A stretch of 62,566 nucleotides of DNA, from the IMG/VR virus record IMGVR_UViG_3300027779_000030, positions 1 to 62,566 of that record; one strand, 5' to 3'. Both the position numbers and the translations under genes were made by a program. The stretch comes from a virus (Duplodnaviria > Caudoviricetes). This document shows, in pieces, positions 8,469 to 17,441 of the stretch; positions within the stretch are counted from its first letter, which is position 1; every line of letters begins with the position of its first letter. The notes below the pieces were generated by a model that made no database searches, was not told where the DNA came from, and saw only the letters and a program-made list of their open reading frames with translations.

Positions 8469-10372
8469 TAGAATGGCTTAATATGCTTTAGTGTATTATT
8501 TTCAGCAATAGACTCAAATAGTCCCGAGCTTGTTCCTATATCCATTCTATCTACTCTTTCTTTTATTGTAGGATCTTCCGCTATAATATCCTTATAGAAT
8601 TTTTGAACGTCGTCTGGAATCTTATCTTTTGTTCCAGAAGTATAGTATACAACGTCCCCAATTCCAGGTAAACCAAATCGTTCGGCCTGAAGCCGTTGAT
8701 TCTCTTTAAGAACTTCTTGTCCTGGTGAGTTTGTTATTGCATCTACATATGGAACATCATATGATTGATTAGGATTTTCTTCAAGATTCTTATTCATTAT
8801 ATCTTGCATAGTGGTAGATACTGCAACGTTTCCAATAGCTTCTAATTCACTGTCGCTTAGATCCATTCCTTGCATATTCGCAAATAACTTATATATTTGT
8901 TTTCCGATAAACATAGGGATTTGTTTGGTTACAATAAATCCGCCAATCACTTTGCTTCCTACTCTATTTACGAGACCCATTGCTTCACCAGCTGCTTTGT
9001 TTATTCCCGCTATAGATCGATACAGGTCTACTATATGATCTGAATTCTTTGCCATTAGCTCAGTTGTCTCTTTTCCAATTATTCCTCCCCATCTTTTTGC
9101 TATATGATCTGAATTTTTTATGAACGCGGCTGGAAGTTCAGCCACTACTTTACCTGATACATCTTTAACTAGTAATCCAGCAGTTCCCTGCGTTACCTCT
9201 TTTCCTATATTTTTAGAAATAGTACCTGCAACAATTTCAGTTCCTGGTTTTGATGCAGCTTTAAAGAAATCATCTAAACTATGAGTAGCTATTTTTGCAC
9301 TTGCTTTTGTAAAGTCGTCAGAAAACTTAAGAGTTTTAGTTACATATCCGTCAAATAATTTAGCAATAGAGTTAAAGAATTTTTGAAGAGGTTTTCCTAT
9401 AAAAGGAACCCAGCTTACAAGTTTTCCTATAAAATCTCTAAAGAATCTACTGATAAATCCCCTTAATCCAGGAAGTACTTTTTTACTAGATTTTGCCATA
9501 TAATCTAAGGCCTTTATACTATCAGGGGATGCCTTTGCTAAAAGTTTCACTGCGTCATCAGATACCTTTGTAGATTTTCCCATTACGGTAGCAATCTTTA
9601 TGGCTTCTGCTCCAGTCTTACTTCCTGCTTTAAATATTCCTGCAAAAATGTTTCCTGCGAATGGTAGCATTGCTGCTACAAATGATATTGTTGCTAATAC
9701 CCATTTTCCTCTTACCATGTATATAATACCGTTTAAAACATCGGCGATCATACCAACTGGTCCAAAGAAATCACCAATTAAACCAACTACATCTAATACT
9801 AGGTGAAGTATTCCAATAGCACTTCCATTCTCGGTGATTGCATTAAATAACTTCTTTAGTAATCCCCACCATCCTCCTTCGTGAGTAAGTATTCCAGAAG
9901 TATCTGTAGTACTTTTAATATTACCAAGTAAATCATCCACATCATTTGGACCTCTTTTTAATGAGGCTGCATTATCTATAGATGATGTTATTTGTTCTAA
10001 TATTGCTTCTTTATTTTTACCGTTTAATGATTTAAATCCTTCGAAAAGTTCAGACATTGCACTTTTTAATTCACCCATATCGGATTCATTAATGTGAGAT
10101 TCAGCCATATCAAATAATAGATTCTTACTCTCAGTCAATCCTTTATAATAATCTTGAGATGTTGATTTATTTCTTTTTAATATTAAATCTAGTTCTAAAT
10201 TAAATTTTAGATCCTCAGGTATTGATTCTTCTGCTCTATTTAAAAGCTCTGCTTCCTTAGATATATTTTCTAATGAAAATAAATTTTCAAATATTTCTTC
10301 TGTTCCTTCAAATATATTATTTAAGTGGCCACAAAAGATTTCTGGAGTTTGATATGCTGCAATGTGCTTCAT
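8468..10372 (-). CDS. Pre-toxin-TG-like hydrophobic-helix protein, possible ejected/internal head protein
   Basis: LHLVLDVVGLIGDFFGPVGMIADVLNGIIYMVRGKWVLATISFVAAMLPFAG resembles PT-TG. The N-terminal about 130 aa are rich in (I/L/V)xE sites (IFE, LTES, INES, LFE, ILE). The protein starts MKHI and ends LKHIKPF. Confidence 0.6.
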   Translation of the reverse strand: MKHIAAYQTPEIFCGHLNNIFEGTEEIFENLFSLENISKEAELLNRAEESIPEDLKFNLELDLILKRNKSTSQDYYKGLTESKNLLFDMAESHINESDMGELKSAMSELFEGFKSLNGKNKEAILEQITSSIDNAASLKRGPNDVDDLLGNIKSTTDTSGILTHEGGWWGLLKKLFNAITENGSAIGILHLVLDVVGLIGDFFGPVGMIADVLNGIIYMVRGKWVLATISFVAAMLPFAGNIFAGIFKAGSKTGAEAIKIATVMGKSTKVSDDAVKLLAKASPDSIKALDYMAKSSKKVLPGLRGFISRFFRDFIGKLVSWVPFIGKPLQKFFNSIAKLFDGYVTKTLKFSDDFTKASAKIATHSLDDFFKAASKPGTEIVAGTISKNIGKEVTQGTAGLLVKDVSGKVVAELPAAFIKNSDHIAKRWGGIIGKETTELMAKNSDHIVDLYRSIAGINKAAGEAMGLVNRVGSKVIGGFIVTKQIPMFIGKQIYKLFANMQGMDLSDSELEAIGNVAVSTTMQDIMNKNLEENPNQSYDVPYVDAITNSPGQEVLKENQRLQAERFGLPGIGDVVYYTSGTKDKIPDDVQKFYKDIIAEDPTIKERVDRMDIGTSSGLFESIAENNTLKHIKPF

Positions 10373-10393
10373 GCTTAACTATCTATTTTTTAT

Positions 10394-10401
10394 TATTTAT
10401 T
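10394..10401 (-). promoter_or_regulatory. Late-promoter motif AATAAATA
   Basis: AATAAATAATAAAAAA about 21 nt upstream of ATG 10372. Confidence 0.5.
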
Positions 10402-10484
10402 CCTAATAGATTGATAAAATAGTTAGATAGTTTAATGTTGTGAATGGCAAGATTTGAGCATATGACTCCCGTGCTCGATATTAT

Positions 10485-11492
10485 TTACTTAATAGAATTA
10501 AATATCCTCTGTAGTTCTTCTTTTTGCCTATTTAAAAGATCCTTTGAGTTAGAATCATATGCAGATATTAATTTTTTAATATCTTCTTTATTTTTTACAT
10601 ATAATAAATCTTTTAAGATTGGGTCCTCTATTAAAGTACGATTAGGATCATATTCTATTTGTATTGCGGCTAAGCAATTTGAAGCAAGAGTTTCATAAAA
10701 CCTATATGTTGTAACATTATCAAGGTGTTCCTCATCTCCAGTTATTAGTGAGACTTTAACGGTGTCCAGCTTATTCATTAAATCATCATGTTTTAATTTC
10801 TTAATAAATTCAGCTGGAACTTTATTAGATTTATATCCGATTAATAGATTATTAGTATCTTCTGGAAAATATTTTCTTAATTGATTCTCTCTAAAGGAAC
10901 CTCTCTTATCTCCATAATATACTAAATCCCATTCTTTTTCTTGAGGTAAATCTAATTGTTCTTTGTCTGAAAACCTATGTTTAAAAATATATGTAAACCA
11001 ATCTACCCTTTTCCAATTCTTAGGAGTATATCCTAAGAATTTATCTATTTTTGTTCCTGGGAATAGATAAATTGCCTCCTCCAATATCTTAGACCAACTT
11101 TCTATTGAGTCTGTGCATATATTAAATCTATTTGATATGATCTCTGCATAATTTAAAGGGGGTATCCTAGGGTCATTTACTAGCATATATATCTTACCTT
11201 CATATTTTGCTAAATCGTTACATATCTTTTCACAATGGTCTCCAAGAACTCCTCCAAAAAAATTAGGAGTACTTAGTTGCAATATTACTGCCCCATATTC
11301 TGAAAAATCTGTACTTTCGTAATCTATATAAAAATCTAAATCTTTAGTATTTCTATTCTTTTTACCAACGACGTCGACAGTTGCTCCCTTTTCTTCCATT
11401 AATTTCTTAAAGAACATCGCTTCTAGTCCTCTATGATTTTTATTATTATATGTAAGATTAGCAAGTACTGAAGTTATAGCTACTTTCTTCAT
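10485..11492 (-). CDS. bgt: DNA beta-glucosyltransferase (T4 BGT family, GT-B fold)
   Basis: Collinear with T4 BGT motifs: PNFFGG (INFFGG), LAKYEGKIYMLVNDPRIP (MAKYKSKIYYLFTDIRLP), DLVYYGDKRGSFRE (DVIYGGSFRSGQRE), LITGDEEHLDNVTTYRFYETLAS (LIIGDKNYNDNFITLRVWETMAS). Confidence 0.88.
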   Translation of the reverse strand: MKKVAITSVLANLTYNNKNHRGLEAMFFKKLMEEKGATVDVVGKKNRNTKDLDFYIDYESTDFSEYGAVILQLSTPNFFGGVLGDHCEKICNDLAKYEGKIYMLVNDPRIPPLNYAEIISNRFNICTDSIESWSKILEEAIYLFPGTKIDKFLGYTPKNWKRVDWFTYIFKHRFSDKEQLDLPQEKEWDLVYYGDKRGSFRENQLRKYFPEDTNNLLIGYKSNKVPAEFIKKLKHDDLMNKLDTVKVSLITGDEEHLDNVTTYRFYETLASNCLAAIQIEYDPNRTLIEDPILKDLLYVKNKEDIKKLISAYDSNSKDLLNRQKEELQRIFNSIK

Positions 11493-11773
11493 TTCTTATT
11501 TTTTTCTTTAATATAGTTATCTAGGCCGCCTAAATATGCGACGCAATCTAATAGGTTGTCTTCTCTATAATTATATGAATGTCTTGAAAGTTTTAATCCA
11601 ACTAATACAGCGTAAATATCCTCAGCTTCAAAATTCTTGCCAGTCATACCACTTGCTATTTTTGCAGCTCTTTCCATCCCTTCACTAAAGGGTCCATACA
11701 TTCTTTCTTTTTCTTCTGACCGATTATTGATTATCTCGTCAGCTTCTCTAAGTATTGATCTTTTCTTTGCCAT
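11489..11773 (-). CDS. DUF6378-like small helical phage protein (nucleotide-modification-associated)
   Basis: SILREADEII..R...R.YGPF...A.I...DI...LV.LKLSR....REDNLLDCVAY pattern. Confidence 0.7.
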   Translation of the reverse strand: MAKKRSILREADEIINNRSEEKERMYGPFSEGMERAAKIASGMTGKNFEAEDIYAVLVGLKLSRHSYNYREDNLLDCVAYLGGLDNYIKEKNKK

Positions 11774-11804
11774 ATCTATATTATACTAATTTTGTTAAGA
11801 TAGT

Positions 11805-12641
11805 TTAAACAGCGGCAAGCTTATTATCTTTTTCTTTTAGTAATTCCCAAGCTCTTCCTAACCTAGTTAAACCAATTCCTCCACCAAATCTAGGGAAGAA
11901 ATCATTATCAAAAAACTCATTTAGCTCTGATTCAACTCTTTCTTTACCAAATAATTCAAATAGTTTATCTGCATATGTTCCTTCCATTATATTATAGAAA
12001 AAATGTTTCATTTCTTTAACGTTAGAGCTGCGTTCTGCCGTGCCAAATGTTTCTTGACCATATAAAATGATGTCGCATTTATTAAATTTACCATCTCCAA
12101 TATATTTCATATTCCAAAAAGGAGATGTTCTAATGGGGAATGTTTCTAATGAGACAGAATGACCTAGTTCCTTCCACATTCGTGATTCATGTTCATCTTC
12201 TAATATTTCTACTCCACCATATTCTTTGCATGTTTCGTCATAGTCTATTTGAGTAGGCGAGTCAAATCCTAGATACTCCAATAATTCAATATTAAGTTTT
12301 TTAAGGTCGGTAAAATTTCCTTTAGATTCAAATTCAAACATTGGAAATATTTTCTCATGTCTTCCGGGGATAGGATCCTGCTCATTTCTATAAGAAGTGG
12401 ATACACAAAAGCATCCTTCCCATTCTGGATTTTTTAATAGCTCATATTCTAACCACATTTGTCCAGTCTGTGGTAATGGCCATACTATCCCATCATATGT
12501 AAAGGTTGAAACTGAATGAGGATTTTCACATGCAGCAAGAATAGATTTTCTTGATTGTGAGGGTACTTCTACAAAATTTTTAGTCAAAAAAAAATCCCTC
12601 AGCTTCTGAGAGATTTCGTGATAAGTTTTCGTTTTTTTCAT
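11805..12641 (-). CDS. Class IIb aminoacyl-tRNA synthetase catalytic-domain-only protein (AsnRS/AspRS/EpmA-like); likely start ATG 12641
   Basis: Motif 1 LRDFFLTKNFVEV; LPQTGQMWLE; motif 2 STSYRNE...RH..IFPMFEFE; motif 3 RFGGGIGLTRL. No N-terminal OB-fold anticodon-binding domain. Confidence 0.8.
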   Translation of the reverse strand: MKKTKTYHEISQKLRDFFLTKNFVEVPSQSRKSILAACENPHSVSTFTYDGIVWPLPQTGQMWLEYELLKNPEWEGCFCVSTSYRNEQDPIPGRHEKIFPMFEFESKGNFTDLKKLNIELLEYLGFDSPTQIDYDETCKEYGGVEILEDEHESRMWKELGHSVSLETFPIRTSPFWNMKYIGDGKFNKCDIILYGQETFGTAERSSNVKEMKHFFYNIMEGTYADKLFELFGKERVESELNEFFDNDFFPRFGGGIGLTRLGRAWELLKEKDNKLAAV

Positions 12642-12738
12642 TTTTTTTTTAGTTGTGTTAAACACAATTAAAATTAATGATTCGTAAAATATTTTATGTC
12701 CTTCTATAAATACAATGGATCAATAAAAACTACAAGTT

Positions 12739-14493
12739 TTATGCGTCTGCTAAAGGCTTACTAGCATCCTCACCTTTTGGACTAATTATCTTTCCGTCTA
12801 CAACAGTATATCCCTCGGCTTTCGCGTCTTTCCATCCGTCTCCAAATCTGTTTTTAAGTATTTCATCAGAAGTTAATTCCTTTTCCCCTTCAGATTCCAT
12901 CACATATCCATTAGATACTGTAATGTATCGCTCTTTAAACATTGAAACTTGATCTAGTACATTTTCCTTAATCTTTTCTAGCTTAGAAATCTTAGAAGTA
13001 TCTAGTCCTTTATGAGAAAGTGCCTCATCTAATTTAGTTACAGTTTCTTCTAATTTAGAAATATTCTCTTGTAATTTATATTTCTTCTTTTCTTGTTTAA
13101 GCTTTTTTCTATAATCTTTAGTTAATTCAGTTCCAAAAGTATTTTTAATATCATATTTATAATTTCCTAAGAAGTATTCATATAATTCTAAAGAATTTAC
13201 TTTTTTCCAATCTCTGTCTGCTGCATTTGTATGTTCACATAAGAAATAACTTCCTTTTAATTTAAAAACTGTTGATTCTTTTAAAGTTCTATGGTTTGAT
13301 GCTTTTTTAATAAATTCAAAATTAGAGAAAGAATCTAGGTTTTCGAAAATTATATTAGTTAGTGCATTAACTTCGTTAGATTCCATAACTAGGGCCTCAC
13401 TTATATTAACCGTTTTTGCATTCTCAACTACCTCATCATTAATTAATAAATCTAAATTGTTATCTGCATTTATAGCAAATCCCATTTTAAAATTTCTAAC
13501 TAAAGAAGATTCTACTCCAGAATGATTTTCAGATTTCTTAAATCCTAATTTAGCATAAGACTCGCATAGTGTATAAAAATTAGAATGACTTTCTTTTACA
13601 TATTCCGGGCTTAATGTAGATATAATAAATCCTCCAGCATTTATATGAACTTTACTTTCGTTTCCAGTTAATTCTTTAGATTCTGAAATACTTATGAATC
13701 TATCGTCATGATATATAACAACACCGTTGCTTCCTTTGGTTGCTGGTGCAATAACGTTATCTACTCTGGTATTTCCATCCCCGTTTCCAATTGTAAATAC
13801 ATCAGAATTTTGCGATTCTAGTGCTTTAAGATTTTCAACAAGTGAATTAACAATAGGAAGATCTAAATCTTTAAATTTCATTTTAATAGCATCGGACGTA
13901 TATTTTCCATTAACTAAACACTCTTTTAAATAATCACATACTGTATCATATAATGGAAAATTAACTCCTCCTTTCATCTGATTAATAGAGTAAAGAACTT
14001 CTAAGTTTTTTCTATTTTCATCTATTTTATTTTCTATATCAGATATAGCTAATTCAACAGATTTTTCAACAAGGTGAGATCTAAAATCCTTAACAAATTG
14101 AGGATATAAAGTAAATTCTTTAATTCCAGAGTTTATTTGCACTAAATATGAATCTACCTTTTGACTAATTAATGGATTAGAGTAAGCAGTTGATTCTTTG
14201 ATTGACCCAAGCTTTTCAGCTAATCTTCCAACCTTTGACATTTCTAATATTTTAAAATCAATAGTTTCATCATTCTTGTCGAATTTTTTGATGATATCCT
14301 TTAATTTAGAATTATTAGAATTCTTACTTATCTCATCAAGTGAAGATCTAAGTTTATTATAGATAGCATCAGGATTTTCTCCGTTCTTAATTGAGCTTGA
14401 CGCTGATTCTGTAACCATTTTTACAAGTGAATTTTTTTTCAATTCACCGTCTGTGTTTAATTCAACTATTACGTTGTCTACGAAATTTCTCAT
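12739..14493 (-). CDS. Putative prohead core/scaffold-type protein
   Basis: Helical and coiled-coil, with many (I/L/V/M)xE(S) gp21-type cleavage-like sites (VTES, IKES, ISES, VKES, VMES, LKES); GATAAATA at 14515-14522 upstream. Confidence 0.45.
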   Translation of the reverse strand: MRNFVDNVIVELNTDGELKKNSLVKMVTESASSSIKNGENPDAIYNKLRSSLDEISKNSNNSKLKDIIKKFDKNDETIDFKILEMSKVGRLAEKLGSIKESTAYSNPLISQKVDSYLVQINSGIKEFTLYPQFVKDFRSHLVEKSVELAISDIENKIDENRKNLEVLYSINQMKGGVNFPLYDTVCDYLKECLVNGKYTSDAIKMKFKDLDLPIVNSLVENLKALESQNSDVFTIGNGDGNTRVDNVIAPATKGSNGVVIYHDDRFISISESKELTGNESKVHINAGGFIISTLSPEYVKESHSNFYTLCESYAKLGFKKSENHSGVESSLVRNFKMGFAINADNNLDLLINDEVVENAKTVNISEALVMESNEVNALTNIIFENLDSFSNFEFIKKASNHRTLKESTVFKLKGSYFLCEHTNAADRDWKKVNSLELYEYFLGNYKYDIKNTFGTELTKDYRKKLKQEKKKYKLQENISKLEETVTKLDEALSHKGLDTSKISKLEKIKENVLDQVSMFKERYITVSNGYVMESEGEKELTSDEILKNRFGDGWKDAKAEGYTVVDGKIISPKGEDASKPLADA

Positions 14494-14514
14494 TTCTATG
14501 TAATTATTTTATTT

Positions 14515-14522
14515 TATTTATC
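14515..14522 (-). promoter_or_regulatory. Late-promoter motif GATAAATA
   Basis: GATAAATAAAATAAAA about 21 nt upstream of ATG 14493. Confidence 0.55.
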
Positions 14523-14558
14523 TTATTTTATAGCAAATAAAACAAAGATAGCATGCTA

Positions 14559-16535
14559 TTACGAGTTAGATACGTTTGTTTTAATTGTCTTTGGCATCTT
14601 AGAAAATCTTCTATTTACAACTGAAGCAACTCCTCGTTTCTTAATAAACCAAGACCTGCTCTTCTTTTTCTTTTGTATTTCGTTGTACTTTTCTAGTTTT
14701 TCTAATTTAGCTTCGTAATCAGCTAACTTTTGTTCTAGTTGTTGTCTTTCTTCTGCTTCATTCTTTGCAGCAGATACTGCTGCGTCTACATCGGACTGCT
14801 GTGTCGCTTTCCTCCACTCTCCAGTATATAATAGGCTTTCAGAATTATCCTGAGATACCGAGGTTATATATACAGTTTGATTATCAGAAGAAAGAATATT
14901 TTTACTATCTCCCTTAGATACTAAAAACGTTAATATTCCACTTGCTAATGATTCTAACTTATCGCTATTTGAATTAGAAATAGATACTTTTCCATTATCG
15001 GTATCAAATACTAAATTATATTTAGATGCGTTTGAGTTTAAATCCAATGGAGCTGCTTTTTGATCTATTATATCATATACCTTTAGCTTAACTGTATTAT
15101 CAAATGGAGATAATATAAATCGCAGTTTGCCTGGCTTAAATATTACTTCGTCAGCGAGATCTCTTTTCTTAGCCATTTTAGAAACATTTGATATACTTAT
15201 ATTATTATTACTAAAGTAAACAGGAACATATTCGGTAGATTTAGTAGGTTCTAGTGATTCTGGAGTAACTTCTTCATCAAATCCAGGAGCAAAGGTTGGC
15301 TCTATGAATAACTTAGTAGATTCAAAGTTCTTCTGTATTAATTTATTATATACTTTTTGCGATTGTGGTTCAGATGCTAATGGTATATTAATTAAGTTTG
15401 TTCCATATTTTTTAGGAGATAACATAGTGAAGGATGCTTCTCTTATTATCTGTTCCCCATTCAATCTATTTGTTAATCTGCATATTAGATCAGCTGACAT
15501 GCTTACTGCATGATCTGCATTTTTAAGTATCGGTCTAAATAATAAAGGTTCATCATAATCGCCTTCTTGGAATATAACTTGTCTAGATGTATTAATAAAT
15601 CCGGATCCTACCTGTTCAAATATACTAAGCTGGTGTACAATAATCCAATCATTCGATGGATTTCTTCCATTTAAAGTAGCAACTAAATCTTCTGGGAATG
15701 CTGAGTTAAATGTCATATAGTATTCTAAATAGTCCCCCGCTGTAGATTCTGCTATATACGCTCCTACTCCATTAAATTCATTATCTTGAGATAAAGTTGA
15801 CGTATAACTCTCAGATATTTCAAACACATCATACTCTACCCCAACATTTGTATGCATTTTCTCTTTCTTACTGCACTCAGCTAACGTAATTTCAATTGGA
15901 GCATTAGTTATAAATCCGTGGCTAATTCCAGATGTTCCAGTTTGCGGCGTAATTGCGGCAGCAAAAGTAGTAGCTGGATTTGGAGAAGTTGTATACTCTT
16001 CATTTATATTCTTAATTGATGGAACCTTTATATCAATATATCTGTCATATGTAGAATTTGCGATGAATAACGGCTTAGGATTAAATGTAATAAGCTCAAC
16101 TGAGGTTTCAGGAGCAAATAATATATTTGCAAATACGTGAGTTGCTGTATTATTCATTTCATTTTTAATACTTAAAAGTAATCCTTTGAATCCTTCAAAA
16201 TCAAAACCCGTAATAAAATGAAATCTAACTTTATCATATACTACATTAAATCCTGATACTGTTGCTTCTTCTATATTTGCATCATAATCTATATAGTTTG
16301 GTATAATTTCTGCATCTGTGTATGCAAACCTATTATTCCCAATTGGAACAGCAGACATATCTAGTATATTTTTAGTAGTTAATACCGAGGCATCAGTATT
16401 AAATATCTGAAGTAATCCTGTTTCTGTATTTTTTAATAGGGTTACATCATCAGTCATATAGTTTAACGAACCCATTGGTTCGAACATATATTCAACTAAA
16501 CAATATGGGGTTAAACTTATAAATCTGCTTTGCAT
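14559..16535 (-). CDS. Hypothetical beta-rich structural protein with C-terminal coiled coil and basic tail
   Basis: 658-aa ORF in the structural operon; no family recognised. Confidence 0.5.
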   Translation of the reverse strand: MQSRFISLTPYCLVEYMFEPMGSLNYMTDDVTLLKNTETGLLQIFNTDASVLTTKNILDMSAVPIGNNRFAYTDAEIIPNYIDYDANIEEATVSGFNVVYDKVRFHFITGFDFEGFKGLLLSIKNEMNNTATHVFANILFAPETSVELITFNPKPLFIANSTYDRYIDIKVPSIKNINEEYTTSPNPATTFAAAITPQTGTSGISHGFITNAPIEITLAECSKKEKMHTNVGVEYDVFEISESYTSTLSQDNEFNGVGAYIAESTAGDYLEYYMTFNSAFPEDLVATLNGRNPSNDWIIVHQLSIFEQVGSGFINTSRQVIFQEGDYDEPLLFRPILKNADHAVSMSADLICRLTNRLNGEQIIREASFTMLSPKKYGTNLINIPLASEPQSQKVYNKLIQKNFESTKLFIEPTFAPGFDEEVTPESLEPTKSTEYVPVYFSNNNISISNVSKMAKKRDLADEVIFKPGKLRFILSPFDNTVKLKVYDIIDQKAAPLDLNSNASKYNLVFDTDNGKVSISNSNSDKLESLASGILTFLVSKGDSKNILSSDNQTVYITSVSQDNSESLLYTGEWRKATQQSDVDAAVSAAKNEAEERQQLEQKLADYEAKLEKLEKYNEIQKKKKSRSWFIKKRGVASVVNRRFSKMPKTIKTNVSNS

Positions 16536-16550
16536 TAGTATTTGATATTT

Positions 16551-16937
16551 TTATTGAGCAACGTTATAAACAATCCAAGATGAAAGAGTAATTGTCGCGC
16601 ATCCGGCAATAAATCCGACCCATGGTTTGTTATACCATTTATCTACTTTTTTTAATCGATCATCATATAATTTAATTTGATCATTTAGTAATAATATTTG
16701 AACATCTTTATAATTAATAATTGTGCTATCTTGTAGCATCAACATTCTATAATTACTTAATTGGATATTCAAATCATTTATTAAAATTGTCTTAACTTCA
16801 TCCTGTTCTTTTAAAGTATCTATTGCTAGAAATACTTCTTCTAGCTCTACTTTAGAAATACTGATGCTATCTTGAGAAGTTTGAGAATACGCATTAACTG
16901 AAAACAATAATGCTATTATAAATATTAAATTTTTCAT
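16551..16937 (-). CDS. Exported coiled-coil protein with C-terminal membrane anchor (spanin-like candidate)
   Basis: Signal peptide MKNLIFIIALLFSVNAYS-Q, heptad region, then KWYNKPWVGFIAGCATITLSSWIV. Confidence 0.5.
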   Translation of the reverse strand: MKNLIFIIALLFSVNAYSQTSQDSISISKVELEEVFLAIDTLKEQDEVKTILINDLNIQLSNYRMLMLQDSTIINYKDVQILLLNDQIKLYDDRLKKVDKWYNKPWVGFIAGCATITLSSWIVYNVAQ

Positions 16938-17440
16938 CTTACTCTAATATATTTTTTGTTATTTCTAATGTACATTTGTCCTACATTTACTTCTACTAAT
17001 TCTCTACCTAACATATCATACATGATACCATTATCTTCCCAAGTGAATTGTAATTCACTTATTCCAGTTGGATTACCCATGTTAAGTAATACCCATGAAT
17101 AAGAAAATCCATCATATACTAACGAGTCACAATCTGTACATACGTAAGTTGCTCCCATAAAATATATGTAAGCGTCGTAACATAATTTAACCGTATCAGT
17201 TGTTAATATACTTGTAAACATTGCGGTATCGCCTGACCCTGTATAACATGTTGATGAATTACAAGCTGACCAACTCCATATAACAGAATCTGCTAAATTT
17301 AATAGTGATGACGCATTTCCTGTTGCCATTAATGTTTGTGTTCCTGGTACAACCGTATACGATAATGAATCACAGTAACTTACTTGTGCTTGGGCTTGTA
17401 GTCCTATAACTACTAATAATGCTGCTAATAATTTCTTCAT
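16934..17440 (-). CDS. Secreted protein with a T9SS C-terminal-sorting-domain-like tail; likely start ATG 17440
   Basis: MKKLLAALLVVIGLQAQAQ signal peptide; Cys pairs; C-terminus PTGISE...MYDMLGRE...MYIRNNKKYIRVR matches the short T9SS CTD pattern YDxxGR...YIxxxKK. Confidence 0.7.
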   Translation of the reverse strand: MKKLLAALLVVIGLQAQAQVSYCDSLSYTVVPGTQTLMATGNASSLLNLADSVIWSWSACNSSTCYTGSGDTAMFTSILTTDTVKLCYDAYIYFMGATYVCTDCDSLVYDGFSYSWVLLNMGNPTGISELQFTWEDNGIMYDMLGRELVEVNVGQMYIRNNKKYIRVR

Positions 17441-17441
17441 A

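Noticed and set aside
10455-10479. GAGCA...TGCTC hairpin downstream of bgt as a terminator or ncRNA
   Set aside because: Short stem with no U-tract on the coding strand; insufficient support.
11805-12641. Calling the aaRS-like gene a true asnS or lysS
   Set aside because: It lacks the anticodon-binding OB domain and is only about 278 aa, so tRNA charging cannot be assumed.
12641-12665. A-run upstream of the aaRS-like gene as a slippage or phase-variation site
   Set aside because: It lies immediately 5' of the likely ATG (12641) and fits the A-rich initiation regions of Bacteroidota; there is no upstream frame to fuse.
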